A stretch of DNA of 64,000 nucleotides from Desulfovibrio sp. (GTDB taxonomy: Bacteria > Desulfobacterota > Desulfovibrionia > Desulfovibrionales > Desulfovibrionaceae): contig JAITHT010000074.1 of NCBI GenBank assembly GCA_031279825.1, positions 6,829 to 70,828 of the forward strand, written 5' to 3'. Of this stretch, positions 14,150-25,044 are shown piece after piece; the stretch's first letter is position 1; each line of letters begins with the position of its first letter. The position numbers and the translations under genes are program-made. The notes below the pieces were generated by a model. It saw only the letters and a program-made list of their open reading frames with translations. It was not told the DNA's origin and searched no databases.

Positions 14150-14909
14150 TCGGCCGACCAAGCCTTGGGAATTGTTTGATTCGGGTGAAATAGCCTGGAA
14201 CGATTGTACCCCGGCCCAGCAGGAAGGCATTGTGCGCCACTTCGCCCCTAAGGTGAAGTATCTGGCCTTGCGCATGAAGGCCAGGCTGCCGCGTAATGTG
14301 GAACTTTCAGAACTCATCAGTGCGGGTACGCTGGGGCTGATGGAGTCTTTCAACAAGTTCCGCCCGCAACTCGGCATTAAATTCGACACCTACGCGGAAA
14401 ACCGCATCCGCGGGGCTATGCTGGATGAACTAAGGCGCCTTGACTGGTTTCCACGCTCCCTGCGCCGCCACGTACGGATACTTGATGAAGCCATCCATAA
14501 ACTGGAACACCAAAACGGCGCGAGCCCTTCGGAAGAAACCCTTTCGCGCGAGACCGGCCTGAGCATCAAAGACGTGCGCGAAGGGCTCGAGGCCTTGCAT
14601 AACCAGTTCTGCCTTTCCCTTGATCTGATTCAAGAATCGCTTTTCCCCCTGGAAACCGTCAACGAGGAAGAACCTTTCGCCTTAACCGCTTCTCAGGAAC
14701 TTGTGGATAGGGTAGCTGATCTTATTGAACAATTGACACCCCGCGAGAAGCTGGTATTATCACTGTACTATACCGATGAGTTGAATATGCGCGAGGCAGC
14801 CGAAGTCATGGGCATAACCGAAGGGAGAGTATCCCAGCTTCATTCCCAGGCGCTTGCGCGGTTACGCAAAGAATTCGTGATTCGCCACGGCGAATTGCAC
14901 GCACTTTAA
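14103..14909 (+). CDS. fliA: Flagellar sigma factor sigma-28
   Basis: TYAENRIRGAMLDELRRLDW and EGRVSQLHSQAL; probable start MVTSNFSG overlaps the flhG 3' end (start uncertain). Confidence 0.92.
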   Translation: MVTSNFSGNVCSSDNSRPTKPWELFDSGEIAWNDCTPAQQEGIVRHFAPKVKYLALRMKARLPRNVELSELISAGTLGLMESFNKFRPQLGIKFDTYAENRIRGAMLDELRRLDWFPRSLRRHVRILDEAIHKLEHQNGASPSEETLSRETGLSIKDVREGLEALHNQFCLSLDLIQESLFPLETVNEEEPFALTASQELVDRVADLIEQLTPREKLVLSLYYTDELNMREAAEVMGITEGRVSQLHSQALARLRKEFVIRHGELHAL

Positions 14910-14921
14910 AGGAGTTCAGAG

Positions 14922-15302
14922 ATGCCGTATGATCCGAATATGAGGGTGCTGGTAGTGGATGACTTTTCCACCATGCGCCGGATAGTGAAAAATATTCTGC
15001 GCCAACTCGGCTTTAATAACGTTGTGGAGGCTGACGACGGCACCACGGCTTGGGACGTGCTGAATCGCGATAAAATAGATTTCATTATTTCTGACTGGAA
15101 CATGCCTCAGATGACCGGTATCGATCTTTTACGCAAAGTGCGATCCAGCGAGGAATTTGCGGATCTCCCCTTTCTTATGGTTACGGCTGAAGCCCAGCAG
15201 GAAAACATTATTGAAGCGGTGCAGGCAAAGGTTTCCAATTATATTGTCAAACCCTTCACCGCTGAAGTCATGAAGCAAAAAATTGACAAAATTTTTCCAT
15301 AG
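14922..15302 (+). CDS. cheY: Chemotaxis response regulator CheY
   Basis: VVDDFSTMRRIV, SDWNMP, YIVKPF; strong RBS aaggag. Confidence 0.96.
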   Translation: MPYDPNMRVLVVDDFSTMRRIVKNILRQLGFNNVVEADDGTTAWDVLNRDKIDFIISDWNMPQMTGIDLLRKVRSSEEFADLPFLMVTAEAQQENIIEAVQAKVSNYIVKPFTAEVMKQKIDKIFP

Positions 15303-15586
15303 CAATACGTATCCCGCCGGAGCGGCGGCGGATGGATGCTTTCTATCCGTCGCGCCGGGAATACGCATCCGTCGAAAACGCAGGGTGTCTGATACTTTTC
15401 GTCGGCGTCTGCCGGGCGAACCAAGCGGTTGCCCGTCCGCTCTGAGCGGTGCGTTTTTATTCCGTCGCGTACGCATCTTTGCCCGGCATCTTCAAGCATA
15501 AATCTATGTAGAGAAGCGTAGTAAGCACGATCCCGATCGATTATCGAAAGTGATGCCGTATTTTTAGGACTTCATAGGTGCTCGCC

Positions 15587-16285
15587 ATGCTATTTCTTGT
15601 GCCTGATGATTCTCCAGCCAGAGAAGGCTCCGCGGACGCCGCCCGCGGCGTTAAGGTCGAACTTGATATAGAGGATGCTCCCTTTCTCCAGGAGCCGGAA
15701 GAAACAAAGCCTCAAGCAAAAAATGCGGAAAAACCGGTACCGGTTGTGTCAATGCCTGACGCCGCCCCTTCCGCTTTCCAGCGGATGCTGGCTGCTTTGT
15801 TCGGCAATAAAAAACGCCTCGCCGCCATAGCCTGCGGCCTTTTGGCGATTCTACTCGCCCCTATTGCCGTCAGTCTGTTTCTGAATAAGGCAAACGCCCC
15901 TTCTCCTCCGGTACAGGAGGCTGTGCGCAGGATAGTCCCGGATGCGCCGCCGAGAGAAAACGCGCCGGCAGGCCCGAAATTCCTTTTCAAAGGCGAACCC
16001 TTTCTTATCGAATGCCGGGGCAATGAAGGCGAAATACGTTTTTTGCGTTGCCGATTTGCCGTTCCCACAGACAATGCGGTCCTGTATGCCGAACTGCAGG
16101 CGAAGAACATCGCTCTGCGCGATGCCATTTATTATTATCTTATCAATAAGCCGATAACCTTCCTTTCAGACAACACGCAAACGGAAGTGCTGAAAAAAGA
16201 TATTATGAGCGTTATCAACGAACAGATCTCTTCAGAAAAAATACTGGAATTATACATTGAGGAATATTTGGTGACGCGCCTGTAA
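15587..16285 (+). CDS. fliL: Flagellar basal body-associated FliL-family protein
   Basis: Single TM segment followed by a FliL-like C-terminal domain (LRDAIYYYL...LKKDIMSVINEQ...ILELYIEEYLV); flagellar context. Confidence 0.7.
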   Translation: MLFLVPDDSPAREGSADAARGVKVELDIEDAPFLQEPEETKPQAKNAEKPVPVVSMPDAAPSAFQRMLAALFGNKKRLAAIACGLLAILLAPIAVSLFLNKANAPSPPVQEAVRRIVPDAPPRENAPAGPKFLFKGEPFLIECRGNEGEIRFLRCRFAVPTDNAVLYAELQAKNIALRDAIYYYLINKPITFLSDNTQTEVLKKDIMSVINEQISSEKILELYIEEYLVTRL

Positions 16286-16308
16286 CAATATGACTGGGGG
16301 AAGCCGCT

Positions 16309-16653
16309 ATGAGTGAGCCTAGTATGTTGCCGGTACCCGTGATCCAGATGGGGCTAGTGGAAAAACTGGCAGAAGTGGAACAAAATCAACCCTATGTTCA
16401 GCAGCTTGTCGCCCAGGAAAACGCTCGCCAAGCGTTGCAGGCAGAAGCTGAACGCGTTCCTGTAACGAACGCTTCCGAACAAGGCAAAAAAATTCGTGAC
16501 CGTAACTCAGGGCGAAAGAAACAGAAACGGCAACGCTCCTCAAAGCAATCTTCCGACGAACGGTGTGCCGCACAGTCCGAATGGGATGGTGCCGACACCG
16601 ATCTTGCCGCGAACAACCCCTGGACCGGACAAATTGTTGATATGAAAGTGTAA
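16309..16653 (+). CDS. Hypothetical protein (flagellar cluster)
   Basis: RBS ggggaag; C-terminus NPWTGQIVDMKV resembles ends of small flagellar-locus proteins. Confidence 0.65.
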   Translation: MSEPSMLPVPVIQMGLVEKLAEVEQNQPYVQQLVAQENARQALQAEAERVPVTNASEQGKKIRDRNSGRKKQKRQRSSKQSSDERCAAQSEWDGADTDLAANNPWTGQIVDMKV

Positions 16654-16683
16654 GGCATACCTCTTGTCGCCAGCGGAACGTAT

Positions 16684-17097
16684 ATGCAGCTACCTATTCT
16701 CATTATTATCAGCCTTGCTGAATTCGTGCTCTTTTTTTTCCTGTTGCGTTTCTTCAGCCGCTTGCGCAAGTCAGAAACGCTCTTGGTGCAACTGAGTCAG
16801 GGGCAGGATACCCTCATGGACAAGCTGAAAACCAATGCGGAATTAGAACGGGAGCTTATGCAGACCTTTGTCGTCCGCCAGACGGAACTGCACAATCTTA
16901 ACGAGCGCCTTGAAGCGCGCACAAAAACATTGCAGGAATTGCTTGAACAGGCGGAGGCCATCAGCCGTTCGCCGCAGTTTCTAAGAGAACTGATTCTTAC
17001 AGGCAAAAGAAAAGGGCGTACCTCTTCCCAACTAGCCAAGGCTACCGGCCTTTCCCTTGATGAAGTCGAACTTATTCTGGCCCAAGCGGAAAACTAA
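16684..17097 (+). CDS. Hypothetical membrane-anchored coiled-coil protein (DUF2802-like C-terminal HTH)
   Basis: N-terminal TM, coiled coil, C-terminal QLAKATGLSLDEVELIL. Confidence 0.7.
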   Translation: MQLPILIIISLAEFVLFFFLLRFFSRLRKSETLLVQLSQGQDTLMDKLKTNAELERELMQTFVVRQTELHNLNERLEARTKTLQELLEQAEAISRSPQFLRELILTGKRKGRTSSQLAKATGLSLDEVELILAQAEN

Positions 17098-17259
17098 CTC
17101 CCGGCGATATCGGCTCGAGGACTTTCCGACAGCCGCCCTTTCTTTCCCGGCGCAGCGTTCCATGCCTGCTGTTCAAGAAGGAACAGGCCGGAAAAATCCT
17201 CTGTTTTCTCTTTGCGGTCGCCGTACCGCATTGCCGGCGAACAGCAGACGAGACCGTCA

Positions 17260-18027
17260 ATGAAAGTGATTATTTTTTGCGGAGGCAAAGGAACGCGCTT
17301 GCGCGAGGAAACGGAATTCAAGCCGAAACCTATGGTGGAAATCGGCGGCAGGCCGATTCTCTGGCATATCATGGAACGCTACGCCAAATTCGGATTCAAG
17401 GATTTCATTCTGCCGCTGGGATACCGCGGTTCCGTCATCAAACAGTACTTCCATGATTACAAAATCTGCAATTCGGATTTTACCATCGATCTGGGCACGG
17501 GAGACATCATGGCTTACGGCGATGCAGCCTTGGACTGGAAGGTGACCTTGTGCGACACGGGGGAAGAAACGGAGAAAGGTGCCCGCATCAAGCGCGTGGC
17601 CAAGCATCTGGGAAGCGGCTCCTTTATGGCCACCTACGGAGACGGGGTTGCCGACATAGACATCGCCGCCTTGCTGCACTTCCATAAAAGCCATGGAAAG
17701 CTAGTCACCTTCACCGGGGTGCGCATGCCCTCCCGCTTCGGTACCGTCTCCATGAATAAAGACGGTTCCGTAAAAAGCTGGCAGGAAAAACCCATGCTCA
17801 ACCAATTCACTAACTGCGGCTTTTTTGTTTTTGAGGAGGCCTTTCTCGCCTACCTCAGCGAGGAAGAGAGCTGCGATCTGGAAAAAACGCCGCTGGAACA
17901 CCTTGCCCGAGAAGGGCAACTCGCCATGTACCGGCATGAAGGATTCTGGCAGTGCATGGATACCCTGCGGGATTATCAGCTTCTCAACCACATATGGGAT
18001 CAGGGTCGCGCGCCCTGGACACGCTAG
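17260..18027 (+). CDS. rfbF: Glucose-1-phosphate cytidylyltransferase
   Basis: GGKGTRLREETEFKPKPMVEIG, TYGDGVAD and HEGFWQCMDTLRD motifs. Confidence 0.92.
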   Translation: MKVIIFCGGKGTRLREETEFKPKPMVEIGGRPILWHIMERYAKFGFKDFILPLGYRGSVIKQYFHDYKICNSDFTIDLGTGDIMAYGDAALDWKVTLCDTGEETEKGARIKRVAKHLGSGSFMATYGDGVADIDIAALLHFHKSHGKLVTFTGVRMPSRFGTVSMNKDGSVKSWQEKPMLNQFTNCGFFVFEEAFLAYLSEEESCDLEKTPLEHLAREGQLAMYRHEGFWQCMDTLRDYQLLNHIWDQGRAPWTR

Positions 18028-18031
18028 CGAC

Positions 18032-19975
18032 ATGCGAAAGCAGCCTGTTTCCTCTCAACCCCCGTCCCTTATCCCGACGCTCACACGCATTCTGCACGCG
18101 GCGGCAGCTCTGGCCTTATTGTTAACGGCAGGAAACGCCGGCGCCGCCGCTGTTCCCCGTGAGCGGCAGCACCTGATTTTTTGGCAAGGCACGGATCAGG
18201 AGTTGGAGGTTTTCAAAATATACGGCCGCGAGGCAGGCCCCACAGTTATGATTATCGGCGGCATCCAGGGGGATGAGCCGGGAGGCTTTCTTTCCGCCGA
18301 CCCCTATGCGGACATCGCTCTCAAGAAAGGTAATCTCATCGTGGTGCCCAGGGCCAACTTTAAATCCGTCGTCCTTAACGATCGGGGACCGAACGGAGAC
18401 ATGAACCGCAAATTCGAGGACGATCTGCCCCACGAGCCTGAAAGCAATGTGATAGCCGTACTCAAGAGCCTGATGGCGGAAAGCGATCTCCTCCTCAACC
18501 TGCATGACGGCTCCGGCTTTTACCGGCCCCATTGGGAAAGCGATATGGCCAACCCCAAACGCTACGGGCAATGCATCATCGCCGATACAAGCGAATATAT
18601 CCACAAAGCCGGCAGCCGGATTGTGGAACTCAGGAAGCCCGCCGAGGAAGTCGTGGCGCGCCTGAACAAAGAAATTGACGACCCCCTGTATAAATACCAT
18701 TTCTTCAATATGGAAACGGTGAAAGACGGTACGCAATATCCTGAGCAGCGAAAGTCCGCCACCTATTACGCCCTGACCCGACTCGGCATTCCTGCCTTCG
18801 GCATTGAAGCCTCCAAGCAGTTGCCCTCACTGGAGATGAAAATCCGCCATCATGTTCTGGCCATTAACGCCTTTCTTGACATTTTCGGCGTGGAGTTGGA
18901 GCAGCCGGGCATATCCCTGGCAAAACCCGTTCTCGGGTATGTGCTCATTTCCGTCAATAAAGCCCCTCCCGTTGCCGCCGCCGCAGGGCAGACGCTCATG
19001 ATCTCGCCGGGAGATCGCGTGGAGGTGGTGCATGTCGGCGCCAGTTGCGAACGCGGGCTTTCGGTGGAAATTCAGGGTTTCGGCGGACTCAACGATCTCA
19101 ACCGACCGGTGGAAATATATAAACCCACGGCCATACATGTACGCCAAGACAGTTCCCTCATCGGGCAAATACATGTCGTCCCCTTGCGCGAGGAAGGAAA
19201 GAAATCTCCCGTACTGGTTGGGGAGAACCGAGCCGCTCCCCCCAGGCGAGCCACTCCGGCCACCCTGGATATGCTTCCCGGAACGGCGGCCATAGCCAAA
19301 ATAAAAGAGGCAGCAATGCAAGACGCCACGGCAGGCGGCGTGCTGGGATTTCTCATTGAAGTGAACGGCAAAGCCGAAGAGATCCCCCCAGGCGGCAGCA
19401 TTGATGTCGTACGCGGCTCGCGGGTGAAACTCGTTGACGTCAGGACTGCCCGAGAGGGCTTATACACAGGCATGGTCATGAATCTCAGGGGATTTGTGCC
19501 GGAAGCCCTCAAAGACCGCAATACCGGCGAAGATCGCGGGCACACCGCCGATACCGCATGGGATATGCTGCCCGCCTTCTCCGAAGGACGCAAAGGGGCG
19601 GTGTATGCCATCAATGCGGAAATAGGCAAACGGGTGCTTGCCTCCTGTTCTTTACGTCTTGTTCAGCCGAGAATCGCGCAGATCAAGTCCGCTTCGGCGC
19701 AGACGAAATCCGCCTCAGTTACTCTCCGTTATATGAATACAACCCGGACACTTCCCTTGGGCAGCCGTATCGCCATCCCGACCGGAGCCACGGTAGAACT
19801 GCTGGAGATTGCCTTGCCCGAACCACCCGATCTCACGGGGCTTCGCCTGACCCTGGCCGGACATCCTCTGCCCGCAAAACTCCCGCAAACCCTCACCATG
19901 CGCAATATAGCCATTAATCTTGCTGTGTTCCATGGCGGCGTCCTGATCGGTAAAATCACATGGATTCCTCAATAG
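18032..19975 (+). CDS. M14/M99-family (Csd4/Pgp1-like) peptidoglycan carboxypeptidase, exported
   Basis: Signal peptide; GGIQGDEPGG, DMNRKF, LNLHDGSGF and FGIEASK zinc-carboxypeptidase motifs. Confidence 0.8.
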   Translation: MRKQPVSSQPPSLIPTLTRILHAAAALALLLTAGNAGAAAVPRERQHLIFWQGTDQELEVFKIYGREAGPTVMIIGGIQGDEPGGFLSADPYADIALKKGNLIVVPRANFKSVVLNDRGPNGDMNRKFEDDLPHEPESNVIAVLKSLMAESDLLLNLHDGSGFYRPHWESDMANPKRYGQCIIADTSEYIHKAGSRIVELRKPAEEVVARLNKEIDDPLYKYHFFNMETVKDGTQYPEQRKSATYYALTRLGIPAFGIEASKQLPSLEMKIRHHVLAINAFLDIFGVELEQPGISLAKPVLGYVLISVNKAPPVAAAAGQTLMISPGDRVEVVHVGASCERGLSVEIQGFGGLNDLNRPVEIYKPTAIHVRQDSSLIGQIHVVPLREEGKKSPVLVGENRAAPPRRATPATLDMLPGTAAIAKIKEAAMQDATAGGVLGFLIEVNGKAEEIPPGGSIDVVRGSRVKLVDVRTAREGLYTGMVMNLRGFVPEALKDRNTGEDRGHTADTAWDMLPAFSEGRKGAVYAINAEIGKRVLASCSLRLVQPRIAQIKSASAQTKSASVTLRYMNTTRTLPLGSRIAIPTGATVELLEIALPEPPDLTGLRLTLAGHPLPAKLPQTLTMRNIAINLAVFHGGVLIGKITWIPQ

Positions 19976-22892
19976 ACGCTGCCCCGGTCCTCGCTTTTTG
20001 CAAAAAAAGGCCGGTAATTGAGGCAGGATCGCGCATAAGCTCCTCAGGTGTGCCGCAAGACACGATCAATCCGCCGTTCTCCCCTCCGCCGGGACCGAGA
20101 TCCAGGACATAGTCAGCGCAAAGAATAACATCGGTATTGTGTTCAATAACGACGACAGTGGCGCCCCGATCCACCAGTTGATGCAGCACGGTGATCAGCT
20201 TGCCCACCTCATGCATGTGCAGACCGGTGGTGGGTTCATCCAAAATATACAGAGTGCCCGGCAAGCTCCGCTTGCCGAGTTCCCTTGAGATTTTGATGCG
20301 CTGGGCCTCGCCGCCGGACAGCGTCGTGGCCGGTTGCCCGAGACGCAAGTATTCAAGACCCACCTCCTGGAGCATGGATAAGCGGCGCTCCAGTACCTGA
20401 TAGTTTTCAAAAAAGGCGCGGGCCTGCTGCACGGTCAGATCAAGGACTTCGGCGATGTTCAGGCCCTTGTAGTGCACTTCCAGGGTTTCATGATTGTAGC
20501 GTTTGCCGCCGCAGATATCACACTGTACGAAGACATCGGGCAAAAAATGCATTTCCACCCGGATCTGCCCGTCTCCATTGCATCCTTCACAACGGCCGCC
20601 AGGCACGTTGAAACTGAAGCGCCCCGGTTGGTAGCCGCGTTTCCTGGCGTCCGGGGTCTGGGAGAAAATCCCCCGTATTTCATCAAATACTTTAGTATAG
20701 GTGGCGGGGTTGGATCGCGGCGTGCGGCCGATAGGCGTCTGATCAATGCCGACGATACGCGTGATGGCTCCTCCTCCGCTTATACCGTCGATCCTGCCGG
20801 GATTCTCCACTTTTATCCCTTGGGCCAGGGCTATGTGTTTGTACAGGGTATCCACCACCAGAGAGCTTTTTCCGGAACCGGAAACTCCGGTGACGCAGGT
20901 CATCACTCCCAGAGGAATACGGCAATCAATGCCGCGCAAATTGTTCGTGCTGACCTTGTGCAGCACCAGTTCTCCCTGTCCGGTACGCCGTTTCTCCGGT
21001 ACGGGCACTCCCCAATCCCCCCTCAAGTATTTGGCGGTCAGAGAAGTCTCCGAGCCCAGCAGTTGCGCGACGCTGCCCTGGAAAACAAGTTCTCCTCCCA
21101 TTTCTCCAGAACCGGGGCCAAGTTCAATGACGGTATCGGCTTCGCGGATGGTAAGCTCGTCATGCTCCACCACCAGCACCGTATTGCCCCGCTGTTGCAG
21201 ACCCCGCAAAGTTTGAACCAGGCGCTTGTTGTCGCGCGGATGCAGCCCGATGGACGGCTCGTCCAGCACATAGGTGACGCCCACCAGGCCCGAACCGAGT
21301 TGCGAAGCCAGACGGATGCGCTGGGCTTCACCTCCCGACACCGTGGACATGCTGCGGCCGAGAGAAATATATTCAAGCCCCACTTTAGCCATAAACTGGA
21401 GACGATGATTCAATTCTTTGAGCAGCGGTTCCGCCACCAGGGTATGTCTTCCCTCAAAACGGCGGGAGACCATCCAGGCCAAGGCGCGCTCAACGGATAA
21501 GGCGCAAAAATCCACAATGGACATATCATCCACCTTGACCGCCCGCGCCATGGGATTGAGGCGCGCCCCCCCGCACTGCGGACAGGGCATGCTTTGGCGA
21601 TAGCGGGAAAGTTCATCCCTCCATGCGTCGCCATACTGCATCCCCTTCTCCAACAAAGGAATGACACCAGGCCAGAGTTCCGGCCCGCTCTCGCCGCCGT
21701 TTTTGCCGCCGCGCCTGCCGCGCGTGCCCACAGAACCTCCCACCCAATTCCGGCGCAGGGAACTTTCCGCAGCGGCCGCCTTGGCCTTGCCCGGTTCCTC
21801 TTCTCCCTGAAACAGAGCGTTCAGGGCGTTTTCTCCATAGTGCGCCAGAGGGGTGGAAAGATGAAGGCCGAAACGCCCGACAAAAATGCTCATCTGATCT
21901 TTATAGCGTTCATAAAGCTTAGGGTTTTTCCAGGGAAGCAGCCCCCCCGAGTCAAGGGCAAGACCCCGGTTGGGGGCTATCAGAGCGGGTTCGAAATATT
22001 CCACAGTACCGATTCCCAGACAGCGCGGGCAGGCCCCTTGGGGACTGTTAAAGGAAAATAATTGCGGCGACAGGGCGGGCAGGCTGATTTTACAATCAGG
22101 ACAAGCGGACAGGGTGCTGAAAACCACTTCCTGCTCCGCTGTTCCATCACTGCCCGCAAGCAGGACAATAAGACTGCCCTCTCCATATTTCAGGGCCAGT
22201 TCCGCCGAGTCGGCCAGACGCCCGCGGATGCCTTCGCGCAAAACCAGTCTGTCCACGACCAAATCAATGCTGTGTTTCCTGTTTTTATCCAGCAGCGGGA
22301 CATCTTCCAGGGGATAGATTACTCCGTTGACCCGCACCCGGGCAAAGCCCTCGGCCATAAGTTTCTTGAAGCGATCCTGATGCGTCCCTTTCTGTAAATG
22401 CGCCAAAGGTGCCAATATAATACAGCGCGTGCCCTCGCCGAAAGCGAGAATATCGGCGAGAATCTCATCCGTTGCCCGCGATTCGATGGCTTTGCCGCAC
22501 TGCGGGCAGTGCATGCGCCCCAGGCGGGCGAAAAACACCCGCAAAAAATCGTATACCTCCGTGACCGTGCCCACCGTGGAACGCGGATTACGCGCGGCCG
22601 TCTGCTGCTCAAGGGAGATAGCCGGAGACAATCCCTCAATCTTGTCAACATCCGGTTTATCCATCTGCGGTAGAAACTGGCGGGCATATGCCGACAGAGA
22701 CTCCACATAGCGGCGCTGCCCCTCAGCGTATACCAGGTCAAAGGCAAGGGTGGATTTACCTGATCCGGAAGGACCGCATATCACCACCAATTCATCTCTG
22801 GGAATATCCAGAGTAAGATTTTTCAGGTTATGCTGCCGCGCCCCTTCAATATGAATGTAACGGCCGTTATTATGTATTCTTGCGTCGGTCAT
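19956..22892 (-). CDS. uvrA: Excinuclease ABC subunit A
   Basis: [39 protein letters not shown], zinc fingers; start may be 22913. Confidence 0.97.
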   Translation of the reverse strand: MTDARIHNNGRYIHIEGARQHNLKNLTLDIPRDELVVICGPSGSGKSTLAFDLVYAEGQRRYVESLSAYARQFLPQMDKPDVDKIEGLSPAISLEQQTAARNPRSTVGTVTEVYDFLRVFFARLGRMHCPQCGKAIESRATDEILADILAFGEGTRCIILAPLAHLQKGTHQDRFKKLMAEGFARVRVNGVIYPLEDVPLLDKNRKHSIDLVVDRLVLREGIRGRLADSAELALKYGEGSLIVLLAGSDGTAEQEVVFSTLSACPDCKISLPALSPQLFSFNSPQGACPRCLGIGTVEYFEPALIAPNRGLALDSGGLLPWKNPKLYERYKDQMSIFVGRFGLHLSTPLAHYGENALNALFQGEEEPGKAKAAAAESSLRRNWVGGSVGTRGRRGGKNGGESGPELWPGVIPLLEKGMQYGDAWRDELSRYRQSMPCPQCGGARLNPMARAVKVDDMSIVDFCALSVERALAWMVSRRFEGRHTLVAEPLLKELNHRLQFMAKVGLEYISLGRSMSTVSGGEAQRIRLASQLGSGLVGVTYVLDEPSIGLHPRDNKRLVQTLRGLQQRGNTVLVVEHDELTIREADTVIELGPGSGEMGGELVFQGSVAQLLGSETSLTAKYLRGDWGVPVPEKRRTGQGELVLHKVSTNNLRGIDCRIPLGVMTCVTGVSGSGKSSLVVDTLYKHIALAQGIKVENPGRIDGISGGGAITRIVGIDQTPIGRTPRSNPATYTKVFDEIRGIFSQTPDARKRGYQPGRFSFNVPGGRCEGCNGDGQIRVEMHFLPDVFVQCDICGGKRYNHETLEVHYKGLNIAEVLDLTVQQARAFFENYQVLERRLSMLQEVGLEYLRLGQPATTLSGGEAQRIKISRELGKRSLPGTLYILDEPTTGLHMHEVGKLITVLHQLVDRGATVVVIEHNTDVILCADYVLDLGPGGGENGGLIVSCGTPEELMRDPASITGLFLQKARTGAASIEESM

Positions 22893-23081
22893 ATGTCTTT
22901 TCCGCTTCTCCATCGTATTCGATTTCCACATACACAGTATCGCGTCCCGCGATTGTTATGTATCGGCTCCGCCGAAAACACGGTTCCAGCGGAGCCTTTC
23001 GCGATATTTCGCCTTTTGACGCGCTGTCCACCGCGCGACCGGAGCAATGCAATTGGAGGGCCGTATCAACAAACAGCGAAC

Positions 23082-23879
23082 TTACAGGAGAGAATAAGCC
23101 ATCTGAGCCGCCATGCAATAGAGGAGACAGGCAAATGCCTTTTTCAACTTGCTCACAGGTAAACGATGGGCGAGCCTGGCGCCGCGGGGCGCTGTGAAAA
23201 CGCTGGCGCAGGCTATGCCAAAAAAGGCCGGCAGATAAATAAAGCCGAGGGTGTAATCAGGCCGGCCGGGGATTCCCGCACCGTTCAGCAAATATCCCAA
23301 AGCCCCGGCCACGGCGATGGGAAAACCGATGGCGGCAGACGTGCCGACGGCCTTGTGCATGGGCACGTTACACCATGTCATGAAGGGAACAGACAGCGAT
23401 CCGCCGCCGATGCCCACCAGACTCGATACCACGCCGATGATGCCGCCGGCCGCGGAACTGCCGAGAAAACCTGGCATCTCGCGCGAAGCCTTGGGCTTGA
23501 TGTTCAGAAGCATCTGCGTTGCCACATAGAGCAGAAACACGACAAAAAAAATCTTGAGCCATGATGTGGGCATCGTGGCGGCTACCTTGCTCCCTAAAAA
23601 AGTGCCTATTAAAATGCCGGGGGTTACCTGCGCGAAAATGCTCCAGAGGACCGCGCTGTTTCGATGGTGCGTCATAAAACTGGAGACGGAGGTAAACACG
23701 ATAGTGGCAAGGGATGTGCCCAGAGCCAGATGATGGGTATATTCCCCGACAATGCCCTGGGCACTGAAGGCATAGGTGATCATGGGCACGATGACAAGCC
23801 CGCCGCCGACGCCCAGCAGACCCGCCAGTATACCGGCAACGCTGCCGAGGCATAAAAAGAGAATCAATGAAAACAACAT
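23082..23879 (-). CDS. Sulfite exporter TauE/SafE family protein
   Basis: Two repeats of the GLLGVGGG / SLVGIGGG motif; multi-TM. Confidence 0.88.
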   Translation of the reverse strand: MLFSLILFLCLGSVAGILAGLLGVGGGLVIVPMITYAFSAQGIVGEYTHHLALGTSLATIVFTSVSSFMTHHRNSAVLWSIFAQVTPGILIGTFLGSKVAATMPTSWLKIFFVVFLLYVATQMLLNIKPKASREMPGFLGSSAAGGIIGVVSSLVGIGGGSLSVPFMTWCNVPMHKAVGTSAAIGFPIAVAGALGYLLNGAGIPGRPDYTLGFIYLPAFFGIACASVFTAPRGARLAHRLPVSKLKKAFACLLYCMAAQMAYSLL

Positions 23880-24495
23880 GGCACACTCCTTTTCATAGCA
23901 ATACCGCAGCCGTGTTCTTTCGCTCCCGGCAAGGGGACGGGCAACCTTGCCCGGCTTCAGGCGCAGTTGCCCATATGGCGAAAAGAGCCGCCGGCATCGC
24001 GGATGAAGCCGTCCGAAGCACGGCGCATCAATTCATGCCGATCCGGCGGGGTATTCCCCGGCGCGGCGACGATCGCCTCCGAGGTATCTTCATCGGCCTT
24101 GCCGATACACACACACCCGCGCTCCTTCAAAAAACAGCATGGGGGGAACGCACGGACCGTCTCCGCTTTCTCCCCCATACGGCTTTCTTCACAAATAAGC
24201 GTATAGCACTTTTGCTCTAACGGGAAAATGGCTTTTTGACAACGCCTGGGATATAGAGGCGGGCAGTCGCCACAGCCTGTTCGGGCAAACAACGGCAAAT
24301 CGCCGGCGCATATCCGGTACTCCGAAAATTCAGGAGAAGAAAAGCTCGCGGCCGGGGCATGTTTTCTTTATACTTGACGCGGGGCAGGATCCGTCCTTCC
24401 TCAAGCAAGGTACAAACCAGTCTGGACGGAATAGGGGCCCTACACGGCGGCAGCGGCAGAAAACAGACACGACACAACCAACCGAAGAGAAATGT

Positions 24496-24909
24496 ATGCG
24501 GATATATATCGCGGCGTCCTGGAAACATCAGCATGCTGTCGAGATGTTGACGGAACGGCTGGAAGAAGCTGACCACAATGTCCTTTCCTGGTTGCGGGAA
24601 GGTCGGCCGGAAGAAGCGTTCCTCTCTCGCAGGGAACTGGAATATTTTATCAATTCCCCCGAAGGGAAACGCGTATTTGTCTTTTGCGCCGACTCGGCCA
24701 CTACCTGCGATCTTGTCATCTATCTCGGTCCTTCCGGCTGCGACGCATGGGCTGAAGTCGGAGCCGCGTACGGCAGGGGACTGCCTGTTTTCGGCCTGCT
24801 GGCAAAATCCGAAGACGTGGGATTAATGCGCCATATGGTGCGTTCGTGGTTTTTATCAGTGGCAGATCTTATGAACGCGGTTTCTTCCATGGCCGAAGAA
24901 AAATCATAG
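24496..24909 (+). CDS. Nucleoside 2-deoxyribosyltransferase-like protein
   Basis: MRIYIAAS N-terminus and CDLVIYLGPSGCDAWAEVGAAYGRGLPV (NDT-like G..E.G.A...G.P motif). Confidence 0.65.
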   Translation: MRIYIAASWKHQHAVEMLTERLEEADHNVLSWLREGRPEEAFLSRRELEYFINSPEGKRVFVFCADSATTCDLVIYLGPSGCDAWAEVGAAYGRGLPVFGLLAKSEDVGLMRHMVRSWFLSVADLMNAVSSMAEEKS

Positions 24910-24913
24910 CGGC

Positions 24914-25017
24914 CTGCCACCGGCAGCGTAAGCGTCGGCTCTCGTGCACGAGGAGTAGGCGAAACTTGTTTTCGCCGAGGGCGGCGAGTGCAACGTTTCA
25001 AAGTTACTCTGCTCCAA
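24914..25017 (+). repeat. Family A copy A3 (left hairpin missing)
   Basis: accggcagcgtaagcgtcggctctcgtgcacgaggagtaggcgaaacttgttttcgccgagggcggcgagtgcaacgtttcaaagttactctgctcca, between convergent genes. Confidence 0.88.
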
Positions 25018-25044
25018 GGAGGCTTTTCCAGGCATATGCCTGCC

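Noticed and set aside
23897..23912. GG-N10-GC sigma-54-like site before the TauE gene
   Set aside because: Poor -24 match, and too close to the start codon to leave room for the RBS.
23957..24298. 113-aa ORF in the tauE/NDT intergenic region
   Set aside because: No motif, and several competing overlapping ORFs; coding status unsupported.
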